Assembly (NCBI RefSeq): GCF_018977255.1
Contig: NW_024704743.1
Location: forward strand, 558,001 to 622,000
Direction of reading: 5' to 3'
DNA: 64,000 bases
From: Callorhinchus milii
Lineage: Eukaryota
The first letter of the stretch is position 1, and every line of letters begins with the position of its first letter. Position numbers and translations under genes: made by a program. The notes under the pieces are model-generated. The model was not told the origin of the DNA. It saw only the letters and a list, made by a program, of their open reading frames with translations, and searched no databases. This document shows, piece by piece, positions 51,335 to 63,489 of the stretch.

Positions 51335-52131
51335 ACAGTCACATGCACAGTCACTACGCTTCACAGCAACAAAAAAAAACCCCGCGAAGCGCTTGCCAGG
51401 CGCGCTCCGACACGAAAGGCGCAGAAAGTAGGTTAACGTGCGTCGGTCGGAGAGTCAGGTTGTAAGAGAGGAGAGAGAGAGAGAGAGAGAGAGAGGAAAC
51501 GGTTATAAAACACAATACAAAGGGATTTACAGGAAGAGGGGCGGAAAATATTTCTTGACCCAGAGGGCGGGGAAGGAATGTGGATGTCTCTGCCACCAAC
51601 CGTATCTGTGGGTGAGAGAGTCTGTACGTTCTTTTCTAACAACAGCAAATATTAACCGCAGTTTGCGTTTGCTTTGAGCCTTTCGCGTCGAGAGGAAAGG
51701 TTCGCCATCTTCTCACCCCGTCCGCAAATCCCTTCGCGTCCCGGGAATAGCAATGGTATCGTTGCGTTGTATTATATTACGGGTGAAGGTTTGGAAGGAC
51801 AGGTGTTCGTAGGCGGTGTGTGTTGGAGTGGGACTGCAATTAATGTCTTGTGTTTTCTGCGGACAACATGGAGACGATTCGATCTCTCACTCGGGGTTAA
51901 ATTGGGATTCCATCAGGATTCGACGCCATTGAATTGGGACGAACGCGTGTGTGAGCGTGTGTGAGCGTGTGTGAGCGTGTGTGAGCGCGTGTGAGCGTGT
52001 GTGAGTGCGTGTCGAGTGCGTGTGTGGCACAAGTGGCATCGCTCTCGCTCTCTTGAGTCGGAAGGCCGTGGGTTCGAGCCCGACCCAGGCGGACAGTTCG
52101 AATCACACCGTCTAAACTGGTCAGGACTCCG

Positions 52132-52166
<35 letters not shown>

Positions 52167-53064
52167 ACTCCCTTCGCTTTTCCAACAACACCCCCCACCC
52201 CCCACCCCTCACCCCCTCACCCCCCCACCCCCCAGTGCTGCATTGGAGCCTCAGCCGAGACCGTGTGATTCCAAGTCCCGCCATGTCTCGTTGACACGGT
52301 GCTGTGAGATGGTTTTTTTTCCGCCCGGGTACGTGTGAGACGTTCGGCCGCCATTCTTCAGCCATCGCTTGTCCACTCTTTTCCCCACCCCACCTCCCGA
52401 CCCCACCCCCCAACCCCAACCCCCTACGCTCACTGCACCCCTCGTTGAAGCCCATTGTCCACGTTAATCTGCTCCGTCGGTCCCGGGCTATTCTGCTGCG
52501 GGACAGACTCCGTGTCGTCCACCTACGATGAGGTAAGGTGTCTGAGTCGAGGCGTGTCCTCGGGGCGGGGAGGGGGTGGGGGGGGAGCGGGGGGGGAGAA
52601 CGTTGGCAGGACAGCCAACACTTTTATGGCTCCTTATCAGGTTTCGACACCTCACAGCAATAACAACTCTGGTGTCTGACACTGGGCTTTATCGAGCGGC
52701 AAAATGGCTCCAAGCGCTTCGCGGCACTTACTGGAACCCCCGGAGTGACTGTGCGTTCAAGCGGCCGCGTTTCATCCCCCCCCCACCACCCCCCCGAACA
52801 AAACACCCAGTCACTACTCCCCTTTACAGTACATCCCGTGAAGCGCTTTTGAGACGTCTCAGCGACCTGATAAGGCGCTGCATCCAACCCAAGGATTTTG
52901 CTATCATTATTATTATTACTGTCGTTGCTTTTGAGTGTAAAGGGGGAATCTCAGGGCTAAGTCTGGGGAGGAATTTGGGAGCCTCCTGTGCCCGGGGCGG
53001 GGAACGGAATAGGAAAATGAGGCAGGAAGGAGGGGGTTAAGGCGTGGTGAGTCAGCAACCGCAG

Positions 53065-53098
<34 letters not shown>

Positions 53099-53989
53099 AC
53101 TCACTCTCTTTCACAAGGTGTGCGAGCGAGTGAGCGAGCAATGGGAGGGAGGGAGTGGGGGGGCGGGGGGGGGCGGTGAGAGAGTGCGTGTGCGTGTGCG
53201 CGTGTGTGTGTGTTTGTGTGTGTCGTCGGGACACAATCAGAGGTGGAGAGAGAGAGAGAGAGAGAGACGGTGGTTTATTTTTTTCCTCTTTCCCTCCGTC
53301 TCCGTCAGAAGGCTCTGAAAACAGAGGACACGTTCAGCCCCAAAGGAAGGTCAGCGAAGCGACGCTGACTGTGTCTACCGAGGTAAGACCCCGGGGGGGG
53401 GGGGGGGGACATCCAACCACACACCCGCGGGTGGTTGGTGATAAAATACCAGAGGCGAGAGAGCGCGTGAGTGTGTTAGAGAGAGAGAGAGAGAGAGAGC
53501 GAGACATAGAAAGAAAGAGAGATCCATACCTACTTATAGGATCTTACAGCGCAGAAGGAGGCCATTCGGCCCATCGTCCCCATGCCAACTCTTCGAAAGA
53601 GCTGCCAACTAGTCCCCACTCCCCCGCTCTTACCCCAACTAGTCCCCATTCCCCTGCTGGGGGAGTGTGGACTAGTTGGGCTAAGAGCAGGGGCTGGAGA
53701 GGGGAAAGAGGGGGGCAGAGCGGAACCCGAGGAGAGTGGGGGGGGGGGGCAGGAAATGGGGCAAACCCCCACCCCACACGTTACACGTTCCAGTGTTTGA
53801 TTGTTTCCCGGGTAGAGAAGGCTGCCTTGGGCAGCAAATCAGTTCCAGGCGTTGTATCGGGGACAGACAGCGAGAGTTGGAGCTAAACCAAAGCTTTATA
53901 TAATAAGAAAAATTAATATTTTCCACTTCCACAGTTCTTAAGGGTATTTTCGGTGCTGGATGTGAATGTCCCCCCTCCTCCCCCCCCTC

Positions 53990-54167
53990 CTCCCCCTCCC
54001 AGGACTTTTTCTCTTGTTTTTCTCTCTTCTCTCACACTCTCTCTCTTTTTCTCTCGCTCCGTGGCTCTCTCTCCCTCCTCTTACGTCTCTCTCTCTCTCT
54101 CTCGCTCTCGGTCTCTCGCTCTTTCTTCTCTCTCTCTCAATCTCTCTCAATCATTCCCACTTCTCTT

Positions 54168-54198
<31 letters not shown>

Positions 54199-54450
54199 GC
54201 TCTCGCCTATCAATCTCTCTCTCTATCTATCTCCCTCCTCTTTACCACACCCCTCTCTCTCTCTCTATCGCTCTCTCAATCAATCTCTCACAACCATTTT
54301 CTCTTCTTTCGCTCTCTCTCTCTCCTTTCTCACGCTTCTCATCTCACCTCGTCTTTATCTATCTCATCTTGCCTTTCCTCTATTCCTCACTCCCTCTCCC
54401 CTCTCTCTCACTCTCTTCTATCTCTCACTCCACTCTATATCTTTCTCGAT
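53990..54450 (+). repeat. CT-rich low-complexity tract
   Basis: Degenerate (CT)n. Confidence 0.85.
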
Positions 54451-56720
54451 CCTTTTGGGTGGTGGGGTGGGGTGGGGGGGTAAACAAGGTCTCCTTGGAG
54501 CTTACTTAACTGGCCCTCACACTCACACTCTGGGCTCCCCCCCACCCCCCCAACCCCCCACCCCAAGCCTTGGCTCTCGCCAACCTGCGCCCAATACTCT
54601 CTGGAATTAGGTAAACAGTGGGCGTCCCTCCAGGGGAGAGAGAGAGAGAGAGAGAGCGCATTCCATTCCAACCATCTTATCTCTGGGATGTCCATGTGGT
54701 GGTGGGAGGCGGTGAATTCTCAGATCGGTTTGGAAGCCGTTAAGCATCGGTGATGGGTTTCCGTGTGTGTCAAACACATGGCTGACCAAACCAAACCCTC
54801 TCTCTCTCTCGTCCTCACCCTCATGTCCATGGGCAAGGACTCTTCTGTTCAGACCCATTCCCCAACCCCCTTCCTGAACTCTTTCAATTTCACTTGCACT
54901 CCACTTTCCAGTAGGTTGCTCTGAGATGCACTCAAATTGTTATCATTCGGATAACCTTCCTCACTTTCCCGGTTACTTTTGTGACGGTAGGGAAAAAAAA
55001 TGGAGCCGGGAATCAACTCAACCCAACTCAACAGCCACTCAGTTCCTGTTGAGCCAAAGCCCTAACTAACGGGGAGGGCGATCCTAGCTGGACACGTGCT
55101 CCTAATGGCCAAGATATGTGTGGGTTTAGCTGCTTAGACTCCAACGCACACTCTGGAGGGTCCGCCCACCCCCAACCAAAGCCTTGGCTCTCATCAACCT
55201 GCCCCATCCTTCCTCTCTTTTCAATCACGACTGAAGAGCTTCCTCTTAGACCATGCTTACAGTCACCTCCTCCCTGCCCACCTCCTCCGGCTTGGCGTGA
55301 TGGGTTTCTACGTGTGTCCGGCTGACCAAAATTCCGATGAGGATTCCCTCTTGGACATAGCTTTCAGTAGGGAATTGGATAAGGTTCTTGACAAGGAAAC
55401 AAAAATGTGCAAGGATATTGGGTAAGAGAGCGGGGGCTGGGGGGGGGGTGGGGGGGGTGAGGGGGCGGGAGTGGAACTAGTTGGGTAACTCTCCCAAAGA
55501 CCTGGCACAGGCACGGTGGGCCGAATGGCCTCATTCTGAGCTGTAAGCTTCTAACGATTCTGCGGTCGACTGGGGCTTCGAGATCAGAGGTGTTTGCTGG
55601 TATCATCTGCAGCGAGGAAGGTCAGAGCGATTGATATAGGGTGTAACCCCCTCCCTCCCCTCCCTCCCTCCCTCCCTCCCTCCCTCCCTCCCTCTCTCAC
55701 CCCCTCTCTCCCTCTCTCTTCCCCCCTCTATTTTCTCTCCCCCTTTTCGGTCTTGTGGGTTTCCACATTCCTTCTCCTGCATTGCTGTCGTTACTTAAAG
55801 GGGCAAGGCTGTTGAGGGAGGAGTATTCGAAACGATGCGGTTAATCCACTTTACAGTATATTGAGGAGTCCTGGGTCCTGAGCTCAGGGGTTGGAGCACT
55901 TCCCCTCGCAAGGCGGGAGGACCTGGGTTCGAATCCCGGGCAGGGAGAAACCCTGGGCAAGTTTCCTTACGCCGCCCGCCCAGCTTACCCAAGCCGTCCG
56001 TTAGGAACCTGGTTGTTCGTCAATCGGGGTAATAAACCCCTTAGAAAAAAATCGGGGTCACTTATTTAGGTGCCCTTTTTGAAAAATAATACTCTCGCCG
56101 CTCAATCCGCGACTGTCGGTGGGGGGCGACGCTGCTGTGCGCCACTCGACTGCCGCGTTTCGCCCGCAAAACTATACGCTCGGTGAGTTTCGCAGTGAAT
56201 CCCGTGAAGCGCTTTGAGGCGCCTCTCAACGGTGTGATAAGGCGCTGCACCGAACGCGAGGGTGACTTGCGTATCAGGATCCAGAGACGCGCAGCGTATA
56301 GTTTGGGGACGCGACATGTCAAGCGACTGACAGGATGGTGGAAGATGAACTGGACCTCGGGACCTTCTCTCGTATTCCACCAAATTCCCTTTTCAAAAGA
56401 GTCCGCAGGCCTTCGCCTTCGCCTTCGTCTTCGCCTTCGCCTTCGCCTTCGCCGCAAGAGTTTGTGGCAGAGAATTCCACGGACCCAACCGCCCTCCGTG
56501 CGAGAAACCTCTCCTGTAATCGTTTTTGTGGTGGCCTTAAATTTATTCCCGCTTGTGACTGATTCACCGACCAGCATAAATAACCTCTGCCCACGACCTT
56601 TATTTAATCTTGAAACGCCTCAACTGACCCTCAGCCCCGCACGACGCTCCCCTTCCCTCCCCCCCCTCCCCACCCTCTAAATCCTCGCCAGATTGCACTA
56701 ACTTCCTGCTGGTACTTTGT

Positions 56721-57087
56721 GGAGTACTGTAGCTCAGCGGTTAGAGCCCGCGCCTCGCAAGCGAGAGGAACCGGGTTTGATTCCCGGTCGGGACAAGCGC
56801 ACACACACACACACACACACACACGCGTGTCAGTTTACCCAGCGGTAAGTAGGAACCCGGTGGTTAATCTATTGGCGGATCACTCTCCGGGGGGTAATAA
56901 CCCCTTCAAAAAAAGAATAGTGTTTTAGTCACTCTATCCGCCGCTGTTCGTGGGACGCTGCTGTGGCGCAATTGGCCGCTGTGTTTCGCCCACAAAATAA
57001 CACCCTTTGCGGTATATTCTGCGAAGCGCTTCGAGACGTCTCAGTGACGTGAGAAGGCGCAGTGGCAAATGCAAGGATTATTATTAT
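56721..57087 (+). mobile_element. SINE family A copy
   Basis: Head to (ATT)n tail. Confidence 0.9.
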
Positions 57088-57429
57088 GAGTAGTGGTAGT
57101 ATTATTATTATTATTATTATTATCGAGTTGCCTCGTGAATACATTGACGCCTTTTTGCTTCCACATTGTCACCGCTTCCCGCGGTGAGGAGATACTGTGT
57201 CTGCCCGGTGTTTCCATGTTAAGTACAATGCGCACAGGAAAGACAGGTTTTTCGCAGCCTTTCCTTATGTAAATACTGCGCTGAAATCAGGCCACACCTG
57301 CAGTGAATGCTGGAGGTGTGGGTGGCGATGGTGGGGGGGCGGAGGGGTGCGGAGGGATTGAGGGAGAGAGTTGTTCCACAGCTCTTCAGTCTTGAAAACA
57401 GACGACTCAGACAGGAGCAGGTGGATTGG

Positions 57430-57765
57430 TGTGAGAGAGCCGGGGGGGGAGTGGGGCTGGTGGGGGGTAGAGAGAGCCGGGGGGGGGGGGGGGGGGCTGG
57501 TGGGGAGGTAGAGAGAGCCGGGGGAGTGGGGCTGGTGGGGGGGTAGAGAGAGCCGGGGGGAGTGGGGCTGGTGGGGGGGGGGGTTTAGAGAGCCAGGGGG
57601 GAGTGGGGCTGGTGGGGGGGGGTAGAGAGAGCCGGGGGGAGTGGGGCTGGTGGGGGGGGGGGTTTAGAGAGCCAGGGGGAGTGGGGCTGGTGGGGGGGGG
57701 TAGAGAGAGCCGGGGGGGAGTGGGGCTGGTGGGGGGGTTGAGAGAGCCGGGGGGGGAGTGGGGCT
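57430..57765 (+). repeat. G-rich minisatellite (gagagagccggggggagtggggctggtggggggg)
   Basis: Tandem copies. The same unit recurs at 63490-63560. Confidence 0.9.
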
Positions 57766-58090
57766 GCCCCTCCCTCCCCTACTTCTCCCTTCCCTACTCT
57801 CCCTCTCCTTTCTCCCCTCATCCTCTCCTCTCTCCTCTCCTCTCCCCTCCCCTCCCCTACTCTCCCTTCCCCTACTCTCCCCTCTCCTTTCTCCCCTCGC
57901 CCCTCTCCTCTCTCCTCCTCTCCCCTCCCCTCCCCTACTCTCCCTTCCCCTACTCTCCCCTCTCCTTTCTCCCCTCGCCCCTCTCCTCTCTCCTCCTCTC
58001 CCCTCCCCTCCCCTACTATCCCTTCCCCTACTCTCCCCTCTCCTTTCTCCCCTCGCCCCTCTCCTCTCTCCTCCTCTCCCTCCCCTCCGC
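57766..58090 (+). repeat. Polypyrimidine tandem repeat, ~78-bp period
   Basis: Units recur at about 57841, 57919 and 57997. Confidence 0.85.
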
Positions 58091-58300
58091 ACCGCCTCAC
58101 TCTCCACACCACATTGGTGCCTTCGTCCCAGTTTGGAGTCCTGTAGCGCAGTGGTGAGGGCACTCGTCTCGCCAGCCAGAGAGGGCCTGGGTTCGATTCC
58201 TGGTCCCAGGGCGAAACACTGGGCAAGTTTCCTTATTCCAAACAGATTCCAACCAGAACCAGGACAATCTGTTGTCCACCGCAACCATTGATTCTATCTA

Positions 58301-58338
<38 letters not shown>

Positions 58339-58355
58339 CGTTCCGTTCCCGGCAG

Positions 58356-58456
58356 CCAAAGTGGAGAAGAAGAAGTTTGATGTGACCTTGTTGTACGCTG
58401 AGCCTGAGTTGGCAGCTCATCAGAGGATGGTGGACGATGGATCTGGAAAGCTGGAG
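58356..58456 (+). CDS. VILL: Villin-like exon, G3/G4 linker ((A)[33 protein letters not shown])
   Basis: ggcAG acceptor, GAG|GTAAGC donor, villin-family [11 protein letters not shown] motif. Phase 1 in. Confidence 0.92.
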
Positions 58457-58459
58457 GTA

Positions 58460-58800
58460 AGCCCTGCAGCTCAGTGGTTAGAGCACTCGCCTCGCGTGCG
58501 AGAGGAACAAGGGGTTTGAATGCCGGGCGGGCGGTGGGGGGTGGGTGGGGGGGGCGAACCCTCGGTTTCCTTACTCCACCCACACGCCTCTGTTCACCCG
58601 GTAGTCAGGAGGCAACCGGTTGTTAGTCGATTGGCGGATCGCTTTCCGGGGGTAATAATCCCTTCAAATAAAAAAATAATAATAATAATTTGGTCGCTCG
58701 ATCCACGGCTGTTTGTGGGGGAACCCTGTGATCGGCTGCTGCGTTTCGCCCACAAAATATACCGCACCGCAACAAAATGACACCTGTAAAAGCGCCTTTC
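58460..58800 (+). mobile_element. SINE family A copy abutting a VILL splice donor
   Basis: Head starts within a few nt of the GT at 58457. Confidence 0.85.
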
Positions 58801-59108
58801 ACGGCGGGAGGGCTTCCCAAGGCGCCTGTAAGGTGAATTGACTGTATGGTTTGCGGGTGAAGGGGTTTGAAGACGAGCGGGAGAGGATCTCGAAATCGAT
58901 CCATTCGGTGATAGGGAGCCAGCGGGGCCTGGGCAGGAACTGGTGAGGGGGTGGGGTGGGTGAGGAGTTCCGTGTGGGTGAGTGTGCGGGCATCGGAAAT
59001 TTGGATGAAGTGGATCTTGTTGGTAGTGGAGCTGGGGAGGCCAGCGAGGAGGGGGCTTTCGAGAGGTAGGGTATAACTTGAATGGACTGACTCTGTGGCT
59101 TGGCTCAG

Positions 59109-59246
59109 ATCTGGAGGATCGAAGACCTGGAGCTGGAGCCTGTGGACCCGAAGACTTACGGTCACTTCTACGGTGGAGATTGTTACCTGGTTCTCTACAC
59201 CTACATGAAGGGGCATAAACCGGCCTACATCATCTACTTCTGGCAG
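59109..59246 (+). CDS. VILL: Villin-like exon, G4 ([32 protein letters not shown]...IIYFWQ)
   Basis: AG/GT boundaries, gelsolin-repeat WRIE and FYGGDCY motifs. Confidence 0.95.
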
Positions 59247-59753
59247 GTGTGTGGGCTTCCCTCCACCGCCCCACAACCCCCCACCCAACCACCTTCCCCA
59301 CCCACCCATCCACCGCGAGCCTTGGCTCTCGCCAACCTGGCCTAATACTCTCCCTAACAACCTGTCCGCTCCCTCTCCCTCCGCTCGGCCTGCTCTACTG
59401 TCGAAGGTCAGGTCTTTCAGCCTCTCCACCCCCATCCTCTGGAACTCCATCCCGGAGACCCTCTGCCTCGCCCCCCCCCCTCCCCCACCCCTCCCTTTCC
59501 TCCTTCAAGGCCCGTCTCAAGATCCTCCTCTTCGAATGTGCCTTCGGTCACCTTCCCACCACCACCACCTCCCACCCTGCGCTTCACCCACCTCGACTCC
59601 AGCCCGCAGCTCGGGTGCAAACCCTTGACGGTCCCAGCGCCTTGGGACGCCCTCCTGACGATGAAGTGCTGCCGTGTGAGCGTACGTTGCCGTTGTCGGT
59701 GGTTGTGTCGCCGCTCTGCGGGTGCGTAACGTGCTCGGCTCTGGTCCCCGCAG

Positions 59754-59912
59754 GGTCTCCACGCCACCCAGGACGAAATCGCGGCCTCCGCCTATCAAGC
59801 CGTCAACCTGGACAACAAGTACAACGACGAGCCCGTCCAGGTCAGGGTGGTGATGGGGAAGGAGCCACGGCACTTCCTGGTTATCTTCAAAGGGAACCTC
59901 GTCGTTTACCAG
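59754..59912 (+). CDS. VILL: Villin-like exon, G4 ([53 protein letters not shown])
   Basis: AG/GT boundaries, PVQVRV.MGKEP.HF motif. Confidence 0.95.
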
Positions 59913-60422
59913 GTGCGTGTGTGTTCATGTCTGTCTCCAGATCGCCCCGGTGGCTCCCACCTTTTGGAACACCATCCCACGGTCCATTCGCCGAGCCCCT
60001 CCACCCCCACTCTCGCCTCCTTCAAAGCCCACCACCCTCCTCTTCAGCCACCCTCCTTCTACCCACCCCCCCATCCTCCCTGCCCTCCGTCCCCTCCTGA
60101 TCCCAACCGCCCCCCATTCCCCACCCCACCCCCCCCCAGCTTTGATCCAAATCCCTGACTATCCAGCGCCTTGGAATGTCCTCCCGACGCAAAAGTTGCC
60201 GTGTACGTGTCACGTGTTGCTGTTTCGTGAAGCGTTCGAGTTGTTAAACCGTAAACCTCACATAACTCTTTAGGCGCTGTATCAAACGCAATAATAATAA
60301 TAATAATGAAGACGTTCTTTTTTTCTTCCTTGTGCTTGGGCTAAAACCATTCCCAACCCCCTCCCTCTCCCACCTTCCCCCCCTTCCCCCCCGACCCCAA
60401 TCCCATCCCATCCCCAATCCAG

Positions 60423-60602
60423 GGAGGAACGGGTCGCCAAGGAGGGCAGGTGGCGGAACCCCCGGTCAGGCTCTTTCAGGTCCGGGGTACGGATGAGATG
60501 AATACCAAAGCCACCGAGGTGCCCACCCGCGCTTCCTCCCTCAACTCCAACGACGTCTTCGTGCTCAAGACAGAGCAGACCACCTACCTGTGGTGCGGGA
60601 AG
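60423..60602 (+). CDS. VILL: Villin-like exon, G5 (GGTGRQGG...[34 protein letters not shown]...YLWCGK), GC donor
   Basis: ccAG acceptor. Frame and homology require the AAG|GCAAGT donor. Confidence 0.93.
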
Positions 60603-61165
60603 GCAAGTATCGATGTCCCCTCCGAGCCGGGCTCAGTCGCTGGCACCATCGTTGCCTCTGAGTCAGAAGGTTGTGGAGTCCCAGCGGTCAGAGCCCTCGC
60701 CTCAAAAGCGAGAGGACCCGGGTTTAATTCCAGGGCAAGGGAGGAGGGTGAAATGTTGGCCAAAGTTTCCTTACTCCACACACACACACACACGCATATC
60801 GCCCACAAAATGCACAGTCACTACACTTTACAGCGTGTCCTGCGAAGCACTTTGAGATGTCTGGAAGACGCGATGAGGCGCCGGGTCAAACCCAAGGATC
60901 ATTATTATAATTATTGTTGTTGTTGTCGGTTCAAGCCCCACGTCGGGACTTTGAGCTCACAGTCCAGGCTGACGTTCTCGTCCAGTGGGGTGGGGGGAGG
61001 AGGGGGGGCGGGGAGGTTGGGGTTAGGGTTAGGAGGGTGGGGGGAGCATTGTCGGAGTCACAGTCCTCGGGATGTTGAAGCCGACTGTGCATGTTCTGCT
61101 GGACAGTCTTCCCCACGGTGAATAGTCCTTCAATCTCCTCAACCCCCCATCCTCCGTTTCCTCAG

Positions 61166-61311
61166 GGATGCAGTGGAGACGAGAGAGAAATGGCCAAGTC
61201 GGTGTCCAACAACCTGTCCAAACGAGAGAAACAGACCATTCTGGAGGGGAAGGAGCCGGCCGAGTTTTGGCTCTCGCTGGGAGGAAAAGCACCTTACGCC
61301 AACGACAAAAG
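61166..61311 (+). CDS. VILL: Villin-like exon, G5 ([11 protein letters not shown]...[22 protein letters not shown])
   Basis: AG/GT boundaries, [10 protein letters not shown] and [10 protein letters not shown] motifs. Phase 2 out. Confidence 0.95.
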
Positions 61312-61915
61312 GTACCGGCTGATTGCGGCGGCGGCAACAACAACAACAACCACCACCACCACCACCACCACTTGCATTTCGGTGACCCTCAGCGCGCGCT
61401 GGACGAGCAGGGTCTTCAGGTGCGATCTGAAGATGGCCACGTTGGAGGGAATGGGACAGGGAGCTCCGGAGCGACTAAAAGCACAGCCGTCGATGGTGGA
61501 GCGGAGGTGGTGGTGGGGGGAGGGGGGGGGTGGGAAACGAGAGAGCTGCAGAGCCGAGCGAGCGAAGGGGGTCGTGGACTTGCGTGGATGTGGGTGTGGG
61601 CTTGGAAGGGTTGACGGAACAAGGTAGAACAGGTCCACGGGTTGCAAAGGGTCCATTCTCCTCTCCCTCGCTATTGGGTACAGTTATCCCTTCGGATAGT
61701 GCAGCGGTTAGAACCCTCGCCTCGCGAGCGAGAGGACTTGGGTTCGACAGCTCACTGTCGATAAATATCTTTCATATTTATAGGCCTAAGAAGTCGGGAG
61801 GACATCCCAAGGCGATGGGATGCCTCAGCGAGCTGACAGCGTGCTGCGGGGAGTGCCAGAATTCTTACTATCATTATTTATCATTAATTCTTATTAATAA
61901 TACTGTAACGCTTAG

Positions 61916-62060
61916 GTTTCAGGAAGAGGACTGTGCGGTGGAGCCCCGCCTGTTTGAGTGCTCCAACCAGACCGGGCGCTTCATCATGAGCGAGGTCAAT
62001 GATTTCACCCAGGAGGACCTCGATGAGGAGGATATCATGCTGCTGGACACGTGGACCGAG
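61916..62060 (+). CDS. VILL: Villin-like exon, G6 (RFQEEDCAVEPRLFECSNQTGRFIMSEVNDFTQEDLDEEDIMLLDTWTE)
   Basis: AG/GT boundaries, PRLFECSN.TGRF motif. Confidence 0.95.
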
Positions 62061-62759
62061 GTATTGGTTGGCTTACACACGCCCCGCATCAGGCTCCGAG
62101 ACAACCCTCCTCTGGTTCTTTTGCCAATTATCTTCCATCTGTGTCCCCTGCTTCACCAACCCATCGGCCGGAGGAACGGTTCCTCCCCTATCTACTCTGA
62201 TCATTTAGTAAATCTTTCCTTAACCTTCTCCACTCTTGTGGAGAACGTCTCTCGTCTCTTCTCTCGTCTTCTCCGTGCCTTGGCTCGTCTTGGCTGGTAC
62301 CCAGTGAGGGCTCAAGCCCGGGCTTGTCAGATGTCAAACGGCCAGCTGGTGACTAGGCCCCAAGGTGACATGTTTGGCAACGGAATGTGGGTATCGAGTC
62401 CCCCCCCACCCCACCCCGCCTCTCTGTGACGGTCTCTAGTCCCCGGTTCCTGAGCCAGGAGGGGCCGCAGTGTCCCAGGGCACTCACGGCTGATGGCCGC
62501 CCAGCCCCGGCCCCGGCTCATCCATCAGCAGGACCTGGAAGGGCCGACCAGTCACTGGGGTCAGGGAATCCTCCCCCTCGGCTCCTGTTAACCCCACAGC
62601 CAAAGACCTAACTAACGGGGAGGGTGTCCGAGATCGACAAGCATTGGGAAAGCTTGGCCAGACAGCGCTCCCTCCCCCCCCCCCCACACCCCCCAAGCCT
62701 TGGGTCTCACCAACCTGCGCCTAATACTCTCCGGAATTAGGTAAGCAGAATGCAGTAAT

Positions 62760-63090
62760 ACATTATACATGTATGCCTACTTACATATGGACTCACACAC
62801 ATACAGATACATACAACGTGTATAGACAATAAATACACAATACACATACTTACACACAAACATACACACGCGCACATACACTCACCTACACAAATATACA
62901 CGCACATACATATACACATACATACACACATGTATACCACATGCATACATACATACACACATACATACATACATACATACATACATGCACACATACATAT
63001 GTATGTACACACACACACATACACACACACACACATACTACACATACAAATATATACCCCACACACACATATATATAACAGACGTACATA
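62760..63090 (+). repeat. (CA)/(TACA)n microsatellite
   Basis: Degenerate AC-rich tract. Confidence 0.9.
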
Positions 63091-63245
63091 CAAAAGAAAG
63101 ATATTGAGAGGTTTTGGGGGAGAAAAGGGAGTGAAATGGGATTATAGATCTTCTGTGATCTTATTAAAATGGTGGCACAGACTGGATGGGCTGAATGGCC
63201 TCCTCCTGCTCCTGCTCCTGTTCAGACCTGTGTTTTCCTCGGCAG

Positions 63246-63434
63246 ATCTTCCTGTGGGTGGGGATATCGGCCAACGACTACGAGAAGAAGGAAACTCAGA
63301 AGTCCACCAGCGAGTACCTTCAGTGCCACCCGGCTGGCCGCGACATGGACACCCCCATCATCACCGTCAAGCAGGGCTTCGAGCCCGCCACCTTCACAGG
63401 CTGGTTCCACGCCTGGGACCCCCACAAGTGGAAC
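63246..63434 (+). CDS. VILL: Villin-like exon, end of G6 (IFLWVG...[36 protein letters not shown])
   Basis: AG/GT boundaries, KQG.EP.TFTGWF.AWDP motif. Headpiece exons would lie beyond the window. The symbol rests on position downstream of CTDSPL. Confidence 0.93.
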
Positions 63435-63464
63435 GTAAGCCACACCCCCCTCCCCGGAGCTGCA

Positions 63465-63489
63465 NNNNNNNNNNNNNNNNNNNNNNNNN
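63465..63489. other. Assembly gap (25 N)
   Basis: Run of n characters. Confidence 1.

Noticed and set aside
53953..58291. Long SL-rich or GE-rich ORFs (53953-54610, 57585-58291)
   Set aside because: Low-complexity CT and G-rich repeats.
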